Source: an uncultured bacterium (lineage in GTDB: Bacteria; Babelota; Babeliae; Babelales; Vermiphilaceae). Taken from it: DNA of 64,000 bases. The position numbers and the translations under genes are program-made. This document shows positions 29,034 to 38,700 of the stretch, piece by piece. The notes beneath the pieces are model-generated. The model was given only the letters and a program-made list of their open reading frames with translations, was not told the DNA's origin and did not search any database. The stretch's first letter is position 1, and each line of letters opens with the position of its first letter. Location: positions 1,053,331-1,117,330 of the forward strand of contig OY969901.1 in NCBI GenBank assembly GCA_963704465.1, written 5' to 3'.

Positions 29034-29522
29034 TTATTGAATCTGAATTTGATGCGAATGCTTTTTTATGGGTGTTGCTTTTGGCAGCGTCACCGTAAGT
29101 ACACCATCCTTTAAATCTGCCTTCACCCCTTCTACTATTACTGGCTGACTGAGTCTAAAACGCAATGAAAAACTTTGTTGCGATACAGAGCGAGAACGGG
29201 ATTTGGCCCCTTCATCGGTTCGCACTTCTTCTTTGGCCACATCAGCACTAATGGTAACCACTGGTTCATTGCTTTCTGGATGAGCAACATCAATCTTAAT
29301 ATCTTCTTTGGTTAATCCCGGCACCGCAACTTCTATAGAAAAAGAGGTTGCCGTTTCACTCAAATTACTTTTTGGTGAAACGCCCACTTTATATTCAACA
29401 TTATGCTTAAGATCATCCATGGAAAGTGGATCAAACATATCTTCCCACAAAAACTGTTTTCCGAAAGCTCCATGAACACATGCTAATGCCATGATAAGTG
29501 ATAAACGATGCATATAAAACAT
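29034..29522 (-). CDS. Small heat-shock protein (Hsp20/alpha-crystallin family) with N-terminal leader
   Basis: Alpha-crystallin core FSIEVAVPGLTKEDIKIDV...FSLRFRLSQPV..VKADLKDGVLTVTLPK. The N-terminus MHRLSLIMALACVHGAFG looks like a signal peptide. Confidence 0.85.
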   Translation of the reverse strand: MFYMHRLSLIMALACVHGAFGKQFLWEDMFDPLSMDDLKHNVEYKVGVSPKSNLSETATSFSIEVAVPGLTKEDIKIDVAHPESNEPVVTISADVAKEEVRTDEGAKSRSRSVSQQSFSLRFRLSQPVIVEGVKADLKDGVLTVTLPKATPIKKHSHQIQIQ

Positions 29523-29610
29523 AAGACACCTCTTTATGATATGAAGTAGATGTATATATTCATGTAATTATCTAAAAATTGAACGCTTTGCAAGAGTGTG
29601 TCCACAAGAC

Positions 29611-30801
29611 TCATTCTAACGTATAAATTCTGTGCTTACCCACTTTAACCACGGTGCCCTTTTGCCATGCCACTTCTTGTTGCATGTGCGCAATCGTCAC
29701 CCCATCAACGGTAACGGCGCCCGCTTCAATAAGCCGCTTTGCTTCTGACGATGTTTTAAGTGCACCAAGAAGTTTCAGCAAATGCACAATCCATACGGGA
29801 GATGGTGTATCTGTTGGCAGAGTCACGGGCGTTGCTTGAGAATAATCTTTCTGTTGAAACACCGCTTCAAACTGTTTTTGTGCTGCATCAGCGTCTGCCG
29901 TAGACCAGAATTGCGCAATCACACCATGCGCCATAGCTTTTTTTAATGCCATAGGATGCTGCGTGCCGTTTGCAACCGCATCTTTAAGCTCTGCAATTTC
30001 GGCCTCTGTTTTTTCAAGAAGCAGATGATAATAACGCCACATGAGCGCATCAGAAATGCTCATGAGCTTACCAAACGCTTGATCGGCCGGTTCGGTAATG
30101 CCGATCGCATTGCCCAATGATTTAGACATCTTTTGCACACCATCGAGCCCTTCTAAAAGCGGCATGGTGATTATTACCTGCGCATCTTGCCCATACTGCT
30201 CTTGCAGTGTGCGGCCCATGAGTAAATTGAATGTTTGATCGGTACCGCCAAGCTCAACGTCAGCCTTGAGCGCAACCGAATCATACGCTTGCATAAGTGG
30301 GTAGAGCAGTTCATGCATACCGATGGGCTCTTGTGCTGCAATGCGCTTTTGAAAATCATCCCGTTCAGTGATACGCGCAAGCGTGACCTTTGCCATGAGC
30401 ATAAGCATATCAGCACTGCTTAACGTACCTAAAAACTCAGAATTATACCGGACGATCGTTTTTGCAGGATCTAAAATTTTTTGCACCTGTTTGAAGTAGG
30501 TCTGCATATTATGCGTAATCTGCTCAGAGGTAAGCGGCGGGCGTGTTTTTGATTTACCCGTAGGATCGCCAATGCGCGCGGTAAAATCACCGATCAAAAA
30601 GATCACCGTATGCCCAAGATCTTGAAAATCTTTCATTTTTTTGAGCACCACCGCATGACCAAGATGAAGATCTGGCGATGTTGGATCCATACCTAATTTA
30701 ATAATGAGCGATTTGCCCGATTCTAATTTAGTTGCCAACGCAGACTCGGGAATAATCTGCGCCGTACCACGGACAATTTTTTTGAAATCAGAACGTACCA
30801 T
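29611..30801 (-). CDS. tyrS: Tyrosyl-tRNA synthetase
   Basis: HIGH-type motif [14 protein letters not shown] motif [10 protein letters not shown], and a C-terminal S4-like domain. Confidence 0.95.
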   Translation of the reverse strand: MVRSDFKKIVRGTAQIIPESALATKLESGKSLIIKLGMDPTSPDLHLGHAVVLKKMKDFQDLGHTVIFLIGDFTARIGDPTGKSKTRPPLTSEQITHNMQTYFKQVQKILDPAKTIVRYNSEFLGTLSSADMLMLMAKVTLARITERDDFQKRIAAQEPIGMHELLYPLMQAYDSVALKADVELGGTDQTFNLLMGRTLQEQYGQDAQVIITMPLLEGLDGVQKMSKSLGNAIGITEPADQAFGKLMSISDALMWRYYHLLLEKTEAEIAELKDAVANGTQHPMALKKAMAHGVIAQFWSTADADAAQKQFEAVFQQKDYSQATPVTLPTDTPSPVWIVHLLKLLGALKTSSEAKRLIEAGAVTVDGVTIAHMQQEVAWQKGTVVKVGKHRIYTLE

Positions 30802-30813
30802 ATAATTTTCACC

Positions 30814-31527
30814 TTAAAAAAGCGCTAAAAACTGCGTACCCAAAGCACTTAACTTGAGAATAGCACACACCATAAACCATTGAATAAACCCAATGGATAC
30901 AATCATCACGAGAGTAGGCAAAATCCACAAAGCCAAAGCGGACATCCCGCTCGTTACAATCTGGTGATAATAGCGATCAAGAAAATAGTTAAAACCATTG
31001 ATCACCACTTGAATAGAACCAAGCATAATGCTCATAAAGAGAGTAGACAAAGCTACTAATCCAAGGGCAATTTTCGTAGAACTTAATGAAGGATGCAACG
31101 ATTGCAATTTTTGAAAGTTCAAAATATCGCTCATCGCATCATGAGCACCATGCCCAAGCAGAGAACCATCAAACAGAAGGGTAAGCGCAATCATCGACCC
31201 TATGCCAAGCATGATATAGGCAAAAACATCACTAAAATAGGCAAGCAGAATCTTTGCCGTACGCCATGGTCCGCTAATATACTCTCGCGTAATGGGTACG
31301 CGCCGCCCCCAGCCAAGGCCGAGCACTAAAAGACATACAACACCCACGAAATCAGCATGATCAAGCGGATTCCAGCTTGCAAAGCCCTGCTCGGTAGCGG
31401 TAGGATCACCAAGTGTACGCGCAACCCATGCTTTGAACACGTGAGATACGGTCACCACCAGGCAATAGGCCAGCAAAAGCGGAATTATGATGATTAAACC
31501 ACTGGTTGTTTGATAGTTTAAAAACAT
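30814..31527 (-). CDS. Site-2-protease (M50)-like membrane protein with degenerate zinc motif
   Basis: I trimmed the start to the ATG at 31527 (GAAGGGG upstream). SHVFKAWVARTLGDPTA...WNPLDHADFVG...GLGWGRRVPI parallels M50 HExxHAWVA..LGDPTA...NPL.H.DP.G...GWAKPVP, but HExxH is replaced by HVFKA. Confidence 0.6.
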   Translation of the reverse strand: MFLNYQTTSGLIIIIPLLLAYCLVVTVSHVFKAWVARTLGDPTATEQGFASWNPLDHADFVGVVCLLVLGLGWGRRVPITREYISGPWRTAKILLAYFSDVFAYIMLGIGSMIALTLLFDGSLLGHGAHDAMSDILNFQKLQSLHPSLSSTKIALGLVALSTLFMSIMLGSIQVVINGFNYFLDRYYHQIVTSGMSALALWILPTLVMIVSIGFIQWFMVCAILKLSALGTQFLALF

Positions 31528-31677
31528 GTAAAAAGCCCCTTCAGAAAAACAATTCAATTTCTAGTATACGATTGAAGCCTAGAGATAGCAAAAAGTAGCC
31601 TACAGCTTTAATGTTTGACAGTGAAAACGTAAAAATTCTAAAATGTGGGAAAGATCCATTGATGGGGGGGAAGCATT

Positions 31678-33447
31678 ATGTTTATTTGGGCAATACTAGC
31701 CTGCAGCACGTTATTAATCCAAGCAAGCGACGAACAGACCTTGTATGAACAGAATATCCAAAATTGCCTGCGTGATCTTTTTGCACAATATAACAAAAGC
31801 CAACAAGAGAATCCTGAAAAGACTATAGCAAAGCTTGCCGCCGAATTTAAAAAAAAAATAGATCAAAACAGCGAATATAAGAACATCAAGTCAACGGACT
31901 TATTAGTAGCAACAAATAAGCATATTAACATTCAAAATCACGTTAAAAAATACCAGAAATTTCTTGAAGCCACCTGCTTTTTATATGCGCGAAATCTCTA
32001 TATCAGAAAAAATATAACGGTACCGAATGATGTACCCAAAGAACTTCATACCACAGTAGCCGGAGCCATTCTAACGCTATTATTAATGAAAGAAACAACT
32101 GCTTCTCAGGCAGAAATAGGTATGAAAGAAGACTTTTTTGAACCTGGCACAAAAACATCTGAGACAGGTATAACATACATAACACTCACTAATCAGATAT
32201 ATGCAACCATAGAACATAATAAAATTGTACCAAAAAAAGCATGGCCTCTTGACTCAAAATTAAACTACTCTTTTGGCGGTGTTTCTGCAGACGATCTTTT
32301 TATGTATCACATAAAAACTGATACTAATGCGGTATCAAAAAAAACAGTGTTTGAGCTCTATAAGCTTAAAAGCGGCACCGTGGATACAACCGAACTGCCG
32401 GCGAATAGTACTGCTATCGATATCGCGTATAACACACAAAACAAGACCTTTGCTATTGTACTTTTTTACGAAAAAACCAGAACAATACAAATATGTTTTT
32501 ATGATACTCGTACAAAACAAACTGATACATCCAAACAAATGAGTCTTCCAAGAGAACTATCAACTACAATGTTACCAGCCGAAGATCCTACAATGCGCGG
32601 TAACATCATGCATGGGGATTCGAGGCTAGACTTAACTTTTCTTAGAAATTTTTTTACTTGGACCTCTATAGATCATTACATTGCCGGAATATGTTATAAT
32701 CATAGGGCTATACAATTAATTGTATACGATAATAATATAAAAACATTTTCTTTTATCCCGCAGATTAATAACTTTATTAAAAACAGTCCAAATTATACGG
32801 TTCTTTTAAATATATTCACTTATACTCAAGCAAACTCACTTACTTATGCGCAATTAGCACCAAAGACCTTTATTATTGATTATGAATCTATAATACAAGA
32901 AAAACTAAGAAAAAACGCACGACTAGGGCAGATCTTGACTATAAGCTTCGATTTCACTTACATGCGATACATAGAGAAGAATAGAACACAGAAGAAGATC
33001 ATTGTTTACGACATACTACCACATAAGCTATGTGCCGTAATAAACTTTATGAATATGACCTATCACAGGCTCGGCGACAAATATACCAACATCTTAGATG
33101 ATGCGCTGTATGCTATTCATGCACTGAATAATACGTCTACGTATCAATCGTTACAACCTGGTGACTCCCGCATAAGCAAGATTTCAAAAGAACTCCTTGA
33201 AATCTTGCCACTACCCCAATCAAAAGTATCTGCTATCTATGCGTCTATAAAACGTAACCTTGGATCATTATGGCATACCATGAAAAGAAATTATCTTCCA
33301 ATTGGTGTCATCGCTACCATAGGAGGTTTAATGCTTTTCAGCTATTGGCAAGAGCAAAAACTGTTATACCCAAGTAAACCTGCCCCTGACATCAGCACGC
33401 GGTGGCCCGGCTACGCAAAAATACCAAAAGTATCCGGCAAGCCCTGA
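31678..33447 (+). CDS. Hypothetical secreted protein with C-terminal TM anchor (probably beta-rich/propeller-like)
   Basis: GGGGGGAAG SD-like sequence upstream. Leader MFIWAILACSTLLIQA. C-terminal TM segment LPIGVIATIGGLMLFSYW. Confidence 0.65.
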   Translation: MFIWAILACSTLLIQASDEQTLYEQNIQNCLRDLFAQYNKSQQENPEKTIAKLAAEFKKKIDQNSEYKNIKSTDLLVATNKHINIQNHVKKYQKFLEATCFLYARNLYIRKNITVPNDVPKELHTTVAGAILTLLLMKETTASQAEIGMKEDFFEPGTKTSETGITYITLTNQIYATIEHNKIVPKKAWPLDSKLNYSFGGVSADDLFMYHIKTDTNAVSKKTVFELYKLKSGTVDTTELPANSTAIDIAYNTQNKTFAIVLFYEKTRTIQICFYDTRTKQTDTSKQMSLPRELSTTMLPAEDPTMRGNIMHGDSRLDLTFLRNFFTWTSIDHYIAGICYNHRAIQLIVYDNNIKTFSFIPQINNFIKNSPNYTVLLNIFTYTQANSLTYAQLAPKTFIIDYESIIQEKLRKNARLGQILTISFDFTYMRYIEKNRTQKKIIVYDILPHKLCAVINFMNMTYHRLGDKYTNILDDALYAIHALNNTSTYQSLQPGDSRISKISKELLEILPLPQSKVSAIYASIKRNLGSLWHTMKRNYLPIGVIATIGGLMLFSYWQEQKLLYPSKPAPDISTRWPGYAKIPKVSGKP

Positions 33448-33474
33448 GTAAATAGGCTCAATTTTTCAGTTTTT

Positions 33475-33628
33475 ACCCAAAATCAATCGAAAACCACTCT
33501 GTTGTTGCGCAACAAATTTACACAAAACGCAACAAAAGTTGTTGCGTTTTGACCCAAAATCGATTTTTCGAGTTGTTGCAAAGTTGTTGCTTTCCACAAA
33601 TTTCGCCAAAAGCTGTTGCGTTTTGAAA
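33475..33628. repeat. Two degenerate tandem units of about 77 bp, rich in GTTGTTGC(G)/GCAACAA motifs (iteron/operator-like array)
   Basis: Both units start with ACCCAAAATC(A/G)AT (33475, 33552) and end with TGTTGCGTTTTG. There is a palindrome TTGTTGCGCAACAA at 33502-33515 and a 12-bp-stem hairpin at 33524-33550. Confidence 0.7.
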
Positions 33629-33869
33629 TTTCGCTTGAAAAGCTCTTTTTTTTATGTACATTCAAACCTGGTTGACCTGCTGCCCTTGTTTCACAGAACA
33701 ATGGCTACATACTTAAAAAAATGGAACGGTATATATGAACGCAGCAGTGTATCTTTAAGCAGTGTATACAGAAGTTGTGCAGCGTACGGGCACCTTCGGT
33801 AGCACCTTTTAACAAACCAAAACAACCGCACGGGGTGCAGAACCACCGCACACCGGCAGGGAGGATCCT

Positions 33870-34151
33870 ATGATGCCAATGTCAAAACAAACATGGAGTG
33901 AGGGTGAAAAATACCTCGCGCTTCGCATACTGTTTATCTATGTGCTGATACTGTTAGTGTATGTGTTTCCGTTTATAAGCCTGCACTATTATGCTAAGCA
34001 CACCACACCGCACGCGGTGATATATGAACAGTATAAAAAAATGGTGCATACAGCAGCGCATGAATCTCTCCATGCTTCACATGCACATCACCATAAAACA
34101 CCGCACAGCAGGGAGACCCGGCAGAGTGCAACAAGAAATAAACGATCTTAA
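33870..34151 (+). CDS. Small membrane protein with His-rich tail
   Basis: GGGAGGA SD upstream. TM segment YLALRILFIYVLILLVYVFPFISL. Tail HESLHASHAHHHKTPH. Confidence 0.5.
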   Translation: MMPMSKQTWSEGEKYLALRILFIYVLILLVYVFPFISLHYYAKHTTPHAVIYEQYKKMVHTAAHESLHASHAHHHKTPHSRETRQSATRNKRS

Positions 34152-34174
34152 GTTATAGAATGTAGTGAAGCAGC

Positions 34175-34204
34175 AAAAAGGGCATCATAATGATGCCCTT
34201 TTTT
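34175..34204. terminator. Bidirectional rho-independent terminator
   Basis: AAAAA-GGGCATCA-taa-TGATGCCC-TTTTTT, between convergent genes. Confidence 0.65.
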
Positions 34205-34226
34205 AGATCACAGTAAAAAACGTGTT

Positions 34227-34748
34227 TTACGAACGAGGCTTGTTCTCAGGCGCGCCTGATGGGCGCTTAAGCCCTTCTTTAACGGCTCTATCTAAAAGAC
34301 CGTTTACAAAGCGATACGCATCATCTTCTGCAAAACATTTGGCAAGTTCAATCGCTTCATTAAGCACAATGCGTGAATCAGTATCGGTATGCATAAGCTC
34401 CCAAATACCAAGACGCAAAATAAGCTTTGTGCAAACGCTCACACGATCAGGGCGCCAGTTTGCAAGAAGCCCAGCATAGAGCGCATCAAGGGCATCGCGC
34501 TGTTCAATAACATTGCGTGCCACCTCTACCGCTTCAGATTCAAACGGGATATCAAGGTCAAACCCACGATTCAGATTATCCACAATGGAAATCAACGGCG
34601 TATTATATTCATGCGATTCTACCGCATACAGCAAATGAAAAATCAATGAGCGAATATCGCGCCGTGAAAGCTCTGCATAGCGAATGGGTTTTAAATCATT
34701 CACGGTATCAAGCTCTTCATGCGGGGAAGATTTTAAAGAGGGAACCAT
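34227..34748 (-). CDS. nusB: Transcription antitermination factor NusB
   Basis: IRSLIFHLLYAVE...LLANWRPDRVSVCTKLILRLGIWELMHTDTDSRIVLNEAIELAKCFAEDDAYRFVNGLLD. Confidence 0.9.
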   Translation of the reverse strand: MVPSLKSSPHEELDTVNDLKPIRYAELSRRDIRSLIFHLLYAVESHEYNTPLISIVDNLNRGFDLDIPFESEAVEVARNVIEQRDALDALYAGLLANWRPDRVSVCTKLILRLGIWELMHTDTDSRIVLNEAIELAKCFAEDDAYRFVNGLLDRAVKEGLKRPSGAPENKPRS

Positions 34749-34765
34749 GTACGTGATCCAACCTA

Positions 34766-35338
34766 TTATTGTTTTTTAACACGTTCAATATAAGACGCAT
34801 CACGCGTATCAACCTTCACAATATCACCTTCGTTTACAAACAAAGGGATATTGACCACAAGGCCCGTTTCTAAGGTAGCAGGCTTTGTAGCACCACCTTG
34901 CGCGGTATCACCACGTACACCAGGGGTTGTTTCTACAACCGCAAGCTCCATGAACAGCGGTGGGTTAACACTAATAGGGCGGCCTTCAAACTCAAGAACC
35001 GTATAAGCAGACTGTTCTTTAAGATAATCCAGTGCATCGCCTAATTGTTTTTTATCGAACCCTACTTGGTCATACGTTTCTTGATCCATAAATTGATACA
35101 TATCCCCTTCTTTATAGAGGTATTGCATATCACGATAGGTCAAATCAGGCTTTTCGAACTTTTCGCCTGAACGGAACGTATTTTCATGCATAAGGCCGGT
35201 AATCATGTTTTTCATCTTGGTACGCACAAATGCGCCACCCTTACCCGGCTTTACATGTTGGAAATCTACTACTTGATAGGGAGCGCCTTCATAGAGAATC
35301 TTAGCGCCTTTTTTGAAATCTGATGTTGAGATCACCAT
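34766..35338 (-). CDS. efp: Elongation factor P
   Basis: MVISTSDFKKGAKILYEGAPYQVVDFQHVKPGKGGAFVRTKMKNMITG..., 190 aa. Confidence 0.95.
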   Translation of the reverse strand: MVISTSDFKKGAKILYEGAPYQVVDFQHVKPGKGGAFVRTKMKNMITGLMHENTFRSGEKFEKPDLTYRDMQYLYKEGDMYQFMDQETYDQVGFDKKQLGDALDYLKEQSAYTVLEFEGRPISVNPPLFMELAVVETTPGVRGDTAQGGATKPATLETGLVVNIPLFVNEGDIVKVDTRDASYIERVKKQ

Positions 35339-35515
35339 TTATCCTTTATAGTACGAGGAGATTAAAACTCAGTATAAAAAAGATAGAAAGAAAGGCAATC
35401 AATTATCAATATAAAAACAAGATTCTATAAGAGTCCACATAAGAAACAGGGCCCCTCCTTCCGATTTTGCTTATTTTAAGGCACACTACGTATATAACCT
35501 TTATTGGAGCTTGCC

Positions 35516-36715
35516 ATGTCATTACTCCGCCATGTAGACCCTTATATCGCCGATCTGATCGCACAAGAAGATGCACGCATTGCATCAACCATCAATTTAA
35601 TCGCGTCAGAAAACTACCCTTCCCAGGCCGTACGCGAGGCGCAAGCATCAATTTTGACCTCAAAATATGCCGAAGGCTACCCCGGCAAGCGGTATTATGC
35701 AGGCTGTGTAGTTGCCGATGCGGTTGAACAATGCGCAATCGACCGTTGCAAAGAACTGTTTGGTGCAGAGCACGTAAACGTGCAGCCCCATGCAGGATGC
35801 CAGGCAAACATGGCAGTCTATCATGCGGTTTTAAAACCGGGTGACACAATCCTTGGCATGAGCCTTGCCGCCGGCGGACATTTGACCCATGGCCATCCCG
35901 TGAACTTTTCTGGCATTTACTATAAAAGCGTGCAGTATGGCGTTAATAAAGAAACTGAACTACTTGATTATGATGAAATCGAAACGCTCGCACAACTCCA
36001 TAAGCCAAAGCTGATAATTGTTGGCGCTTCAGCCTACTCTCGCACTATTGACTATCGCCGTATGCGAGAAATTGCTGACGCCGTTGATGCATACCTTCTT
36101 GCCGATATTGCCCATATTGCAGGGCTTATTGCAGCAAAACTCCATCCATCCCCTATGTCCTATGCCGATTTTGTCACCTCAACCACGCACAAAACATTAC
36201 GCGGCCCACGCGGCGGCTTGATTATGTGCAAAAAAGAGCATGCTGCGCTCATCGATAAAGCGATTATTCCCGGCACACAGGGCGGCCCATTCATTCATAC
36301 TATCGCCGCAAAAGCGGTTGCATTCCACGAAGCACGGCAGGCCGATTTTACAACCTATCAGCAGCAGGTGATCAACAATGCACAGGCAATGGCGCAACGG
36401 TTTCAAGAACTTGGCTATAGAATTGTAGCAAACGGTACCGATAATCATCTTTTTATCGTTGATTTACGAAATATTGGCATCACCGGCCACGAAGCACAAG
36501 AGATACTTGAACAGAATGGTATTATCGTCAGCAAAAGTTGCATTCCGTTTGATCCGGCAAAACCATGGGTTACGAGCGGTATTAGAATCGGTACCCCTGC
36601 CGTCACTACACAAGGCATGCTTGAAACAGATGTGCGTAAAATCGTCGATCGCATTGACAGTATCTTCCATGCAAAAGGCATAGAAAAGCAAAAGGTAGCT
36701 ACTCAGCAATTATAA
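35516..36715 (+). CDS. glyA: Serine hydroxymethyltransferase
   Basis: GGAG upstream of the ATG at 35516. LIASENY, and the PLP-lysine motif [14 protein letters not shown]. Confidence 0.95.
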   Translation: MSLLRHVDPYIADLIAQEDARIASTINLIASENYPSQAVREAQASILTSKYAEGYPGKRYYAGCVVADAVEQCAIDRCKELFGAEHVNVQPHAGCQANMAVYHAVLKPGDTILGMSLAAGGHLTHGHPVNFSGIYYKSVQYGVNKETELLDYDEIETLAQLHKPKLIIVGASAYSRTIDYRRMREIADAVDAYLLADIAHIAGLIAAKLHPSPMSYADFVTSTTHKTLRGPRGGLIMCKKEHAALIDKAIIPGTQGGPFIHTIAAKAVAFHEARQADFTTYQQQVINNAQAMAQRFQELGYRIVANGTDNHLFIVDLRNIGITGHEAQEILEQNGIIVSKSCIPFDPAKPWVTSGIRIGTPAVTTQGMLETDVRKIVDRIDSIFHAKGIEKQKVATQQL

Positions 36716-36736
36716 AAACTTAAAAAAGGAATCTTC

Positions 36737-37201
36737 ATGAAGCTTTTATCTCTTACGGCATTAACTGCTTGTTTACTGTACACCACAATAAACTATGCAA
36801 GCGACATAGATAATGAACTTAATGCACCCACGTGTCCTCAATCAGCGTGTAAACCTCGGTATGTGGTATCACCTATTATAGGTACTACAATTGGGGGTAT
36901 TATTGGTAGTATAGCATATCTATCCACTGCACATGTAATCAAACCAAGCTGGACAGTATTTGTACCAGGAAAAGATTATGGCCACACAATGTGTTGGCCA
37001 AACGGCACCATAAACTACGATCCACAATGCCAAATATTTATGGATGAAAATAATAGATTAATAAAAGAATATATGGGTATTCTTATACCAGTTGGTGCAG
37101 TCCTCGCACCACTCACAACCTATCTCCACCGTAAAATATACAACTGGTACATACATCATGATGATGTTGAAAAGCAAAATATACTAATGCAAAAAATGTA
37201 A
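36737..37201 (+). CDS. Short secreted/membrane-module protein; its module is paralogous to the C-terminus of 37220..38374
   Basis: Leader MKLLSLTALTACLLYTTINYA. PIIGTTIGGIIGSIAYL...IKEYMGILIPVGAVLAPLTTYLHRKIYNW parallels APLIGAGVGAIIGGIVYA...VQKWMAIFVPLGAVLPPLTYRLSKTVYNW. Confidence 0.65.
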   Translation: MKLLSLTALTACLLYTTINYASDIDNELNAPTCPQSACKPRYVVSPIIGTTIGGIIGSIAYLSTAHVIKPSWTVFVPGKDYGHTMCWPNGTINYDPQCQIFMDENNRLIKEYMGILIPVGAVLAPLTTYLHRKIYNWYIHHDDVEKQNILMQKM

Positions 37202-37219
37202 CCCAAAAAAGCGAGCCCT

Positions 37220-38374
37220 ATGAAGCATACTATTTTCGCCCTTGCATGCATGGTTTCTATTGCATGTATTCCGGGCCATGCCGCTGATGCATACATACAA
37301 CTTGATACACACTCCGATGATGAGCATTCAGATGAAAAGCGCCCCACGATCACCATCAAAACACTCTATGATGGTGGCGTGAGAACCGCAAACCAGACCT
37401 TGAATCTTGCAGACCGAAAGCTCACCAGCACCCATGATTTACCTAAATTCCGCACTAAATTGCAGCTTGGTACCTTAACATTACTTAATACAAGCGATAA
37501 TCATCTGCAGTCTGATGATATTGGCACGGTGCTGCGCCATGCAGCTGCTTTGAAAACGCTCATTGCAACCGGGAACAAGGTTAAATCAGTAGAGCTACTT
37601 CCTGAGCATGATAATCTCGAAACGTTGTTTTTGGACAATAATAAAATCGGCGAATTCAAGGTAGCGCCGTTTTGCCAAAAATTTCCTAAATTACGGCAGC
37701 TGAACTTAGAGGATAATCCACTTCAATCAGATACTATCACGAGCATCACTGGCACTTACGCCGCTATGGAAGAGCTCTGGTTTGATCATCATGCGGCAAC
37801 ACCATCGGTTGCGATACGCTGCATCAAAGCATTTCCTAACCTCACCTGCGAGCTCGGGGCTGGAAGCCGCGCAGTGCAAAAATATTACTCCACAACCAAA
37901 CAACAATGGGATGATTGCAGTGATTGCACTGATTTTTGCACGCGATGCGAATGTTGTTCAGTATATATAGCAGCACCGCTTATAGGTGCCGGAGTCGGTG
38001 CTATAATCGGCGGCATTGTATATGCATGCACGATGCAAAAAGAACCATCTGATTGGATGTCTGATTTCAAATGCTACAAATATTATGCTGGTGAGCATAT
38101 GGGGGAGTGCGAACAAATACTACGTGAAAATCAAAAACTCGTACAAAAATGGATGGCTATCTTTGTACCCCTTGGCGCCGTATTACCACCACTCACCTAT
38201 CGCCTGAGTAAAACAGTCTATAACTGGTGCCGCACCAAGCCGCACGAACGCTATAAAACAGTCCACACACGCGAGATTCATGCTGAACCAACATTCCTAG
38301 ATCTTATTGATAACCTTGTTGAACCAGCACCGAATCAAGAAGATGAAGTTGATGGGCAAGAAGATGAAGTATAA
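37220..38374 (+). CDS. Leucine-rich-repeat protein with leader, C-terminal two-TM module and acidic QEDE tail
   Basis: Leader MKHTIFALACMVSIACIPGHA/AD. LRRs include LTLLNTSDNHLQSDDI, LKTLIATGNKVKSV, LETLFLDNNKIGEF and LRQLNLEDNPLQSD. Tail NQEDEVDGQEDEV. Confidence 0.8.
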   Translation: MKHTIFALACMVSIACIPGHAADAYIQLDTHSDDEHSDEKRPTITIKTLYDGGVRTANQTLNLADRKLTSTHDLPKFRTKLQLGTLTLLNTSDNHLQSDDIGTVLRHAAALKTLIATGNKVKSVELLPEHDNLETLFLDNNKIGEFKVAPFCQKFPKLRQLNLEDNPLQSDTITSITGTYAAMEELWFDHHAATPSVAIRCIKAFPNLTCELGAGSRAVQKYYSTTKQQWDDCSDCTDFCTRCECCSVYIAAPLIGAGVGAIIGGIVYACTMQKEPSDWMSDFKCYKYYAGEHMGECEQILRENQKLVQKWMAIFVPLGAVLPPLTYRLSKTVYNWCRTKPHERYKTVHTREIHAEPTFLDLIDNLVEPAPNQEDEVDGQEDEV

Positions 38375-38386
38375 AAAGGAACATTC

Positions 38387-38698
38387 ATGAAGCATATTGT
38401 TTTTGCTCTCGTATGCATGATTTCTATTGCATGCATTCCAAGCCGCGCAGCTGATCAACCATTTACTAAACGCCACACAAAAGCACATACCTTTTCTGAT
38501 AGTGATTATCTAAGAATCACCGCAAATAGCATCTATTGGGGTTTTGGTTTGGGTGCGATGTATGGAGAAAATCAGTGTATGGAACAAAGGTGCCCTTACG
38601 CTGTCTATTGTGCTCTAATCGGTGCAATATCAGCAGCTATAGCAACACCAGTATGCATGAAATTATATAGCAAAATAGTCGGTTACTATAAAGGATAA
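38387..38698 (+). CDS. Short secreted/membrane-module protein; its module is paralogous to the C-terminus of 38701..39720
   Basis: Leader MKHIVFALVCMISIACIPSRA/AD, nearly the same as that of 37220. AISAAIATPVCMKLYSKIVGYY parallels LSSWIATPVCIKLYSKIGGYY. Confidence 0.6.
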   Translation: MKHIVFALVCMISIACIPSRAADQPFTKRHTKAHTFSDSDYLRITANSIYWGFGLGAMYGENQCMEQRCPYAVYCALIGAISAAIATPVCMKLYSKIVGYYKG

Positions 38699-38700
38699 AG

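Noticed and set aside
33475-33628. CRISPR array or chromosomal origin.
   Set aside because: There are only two degenerate units without regular repeat-spacer periodicity, and no cas genes. There is only one DnaA-box-like site (TTTCCACAA, 33591-33599) and no dnaA or dnaN nearby. I kept it as an iteron/operator-like repeat instead.
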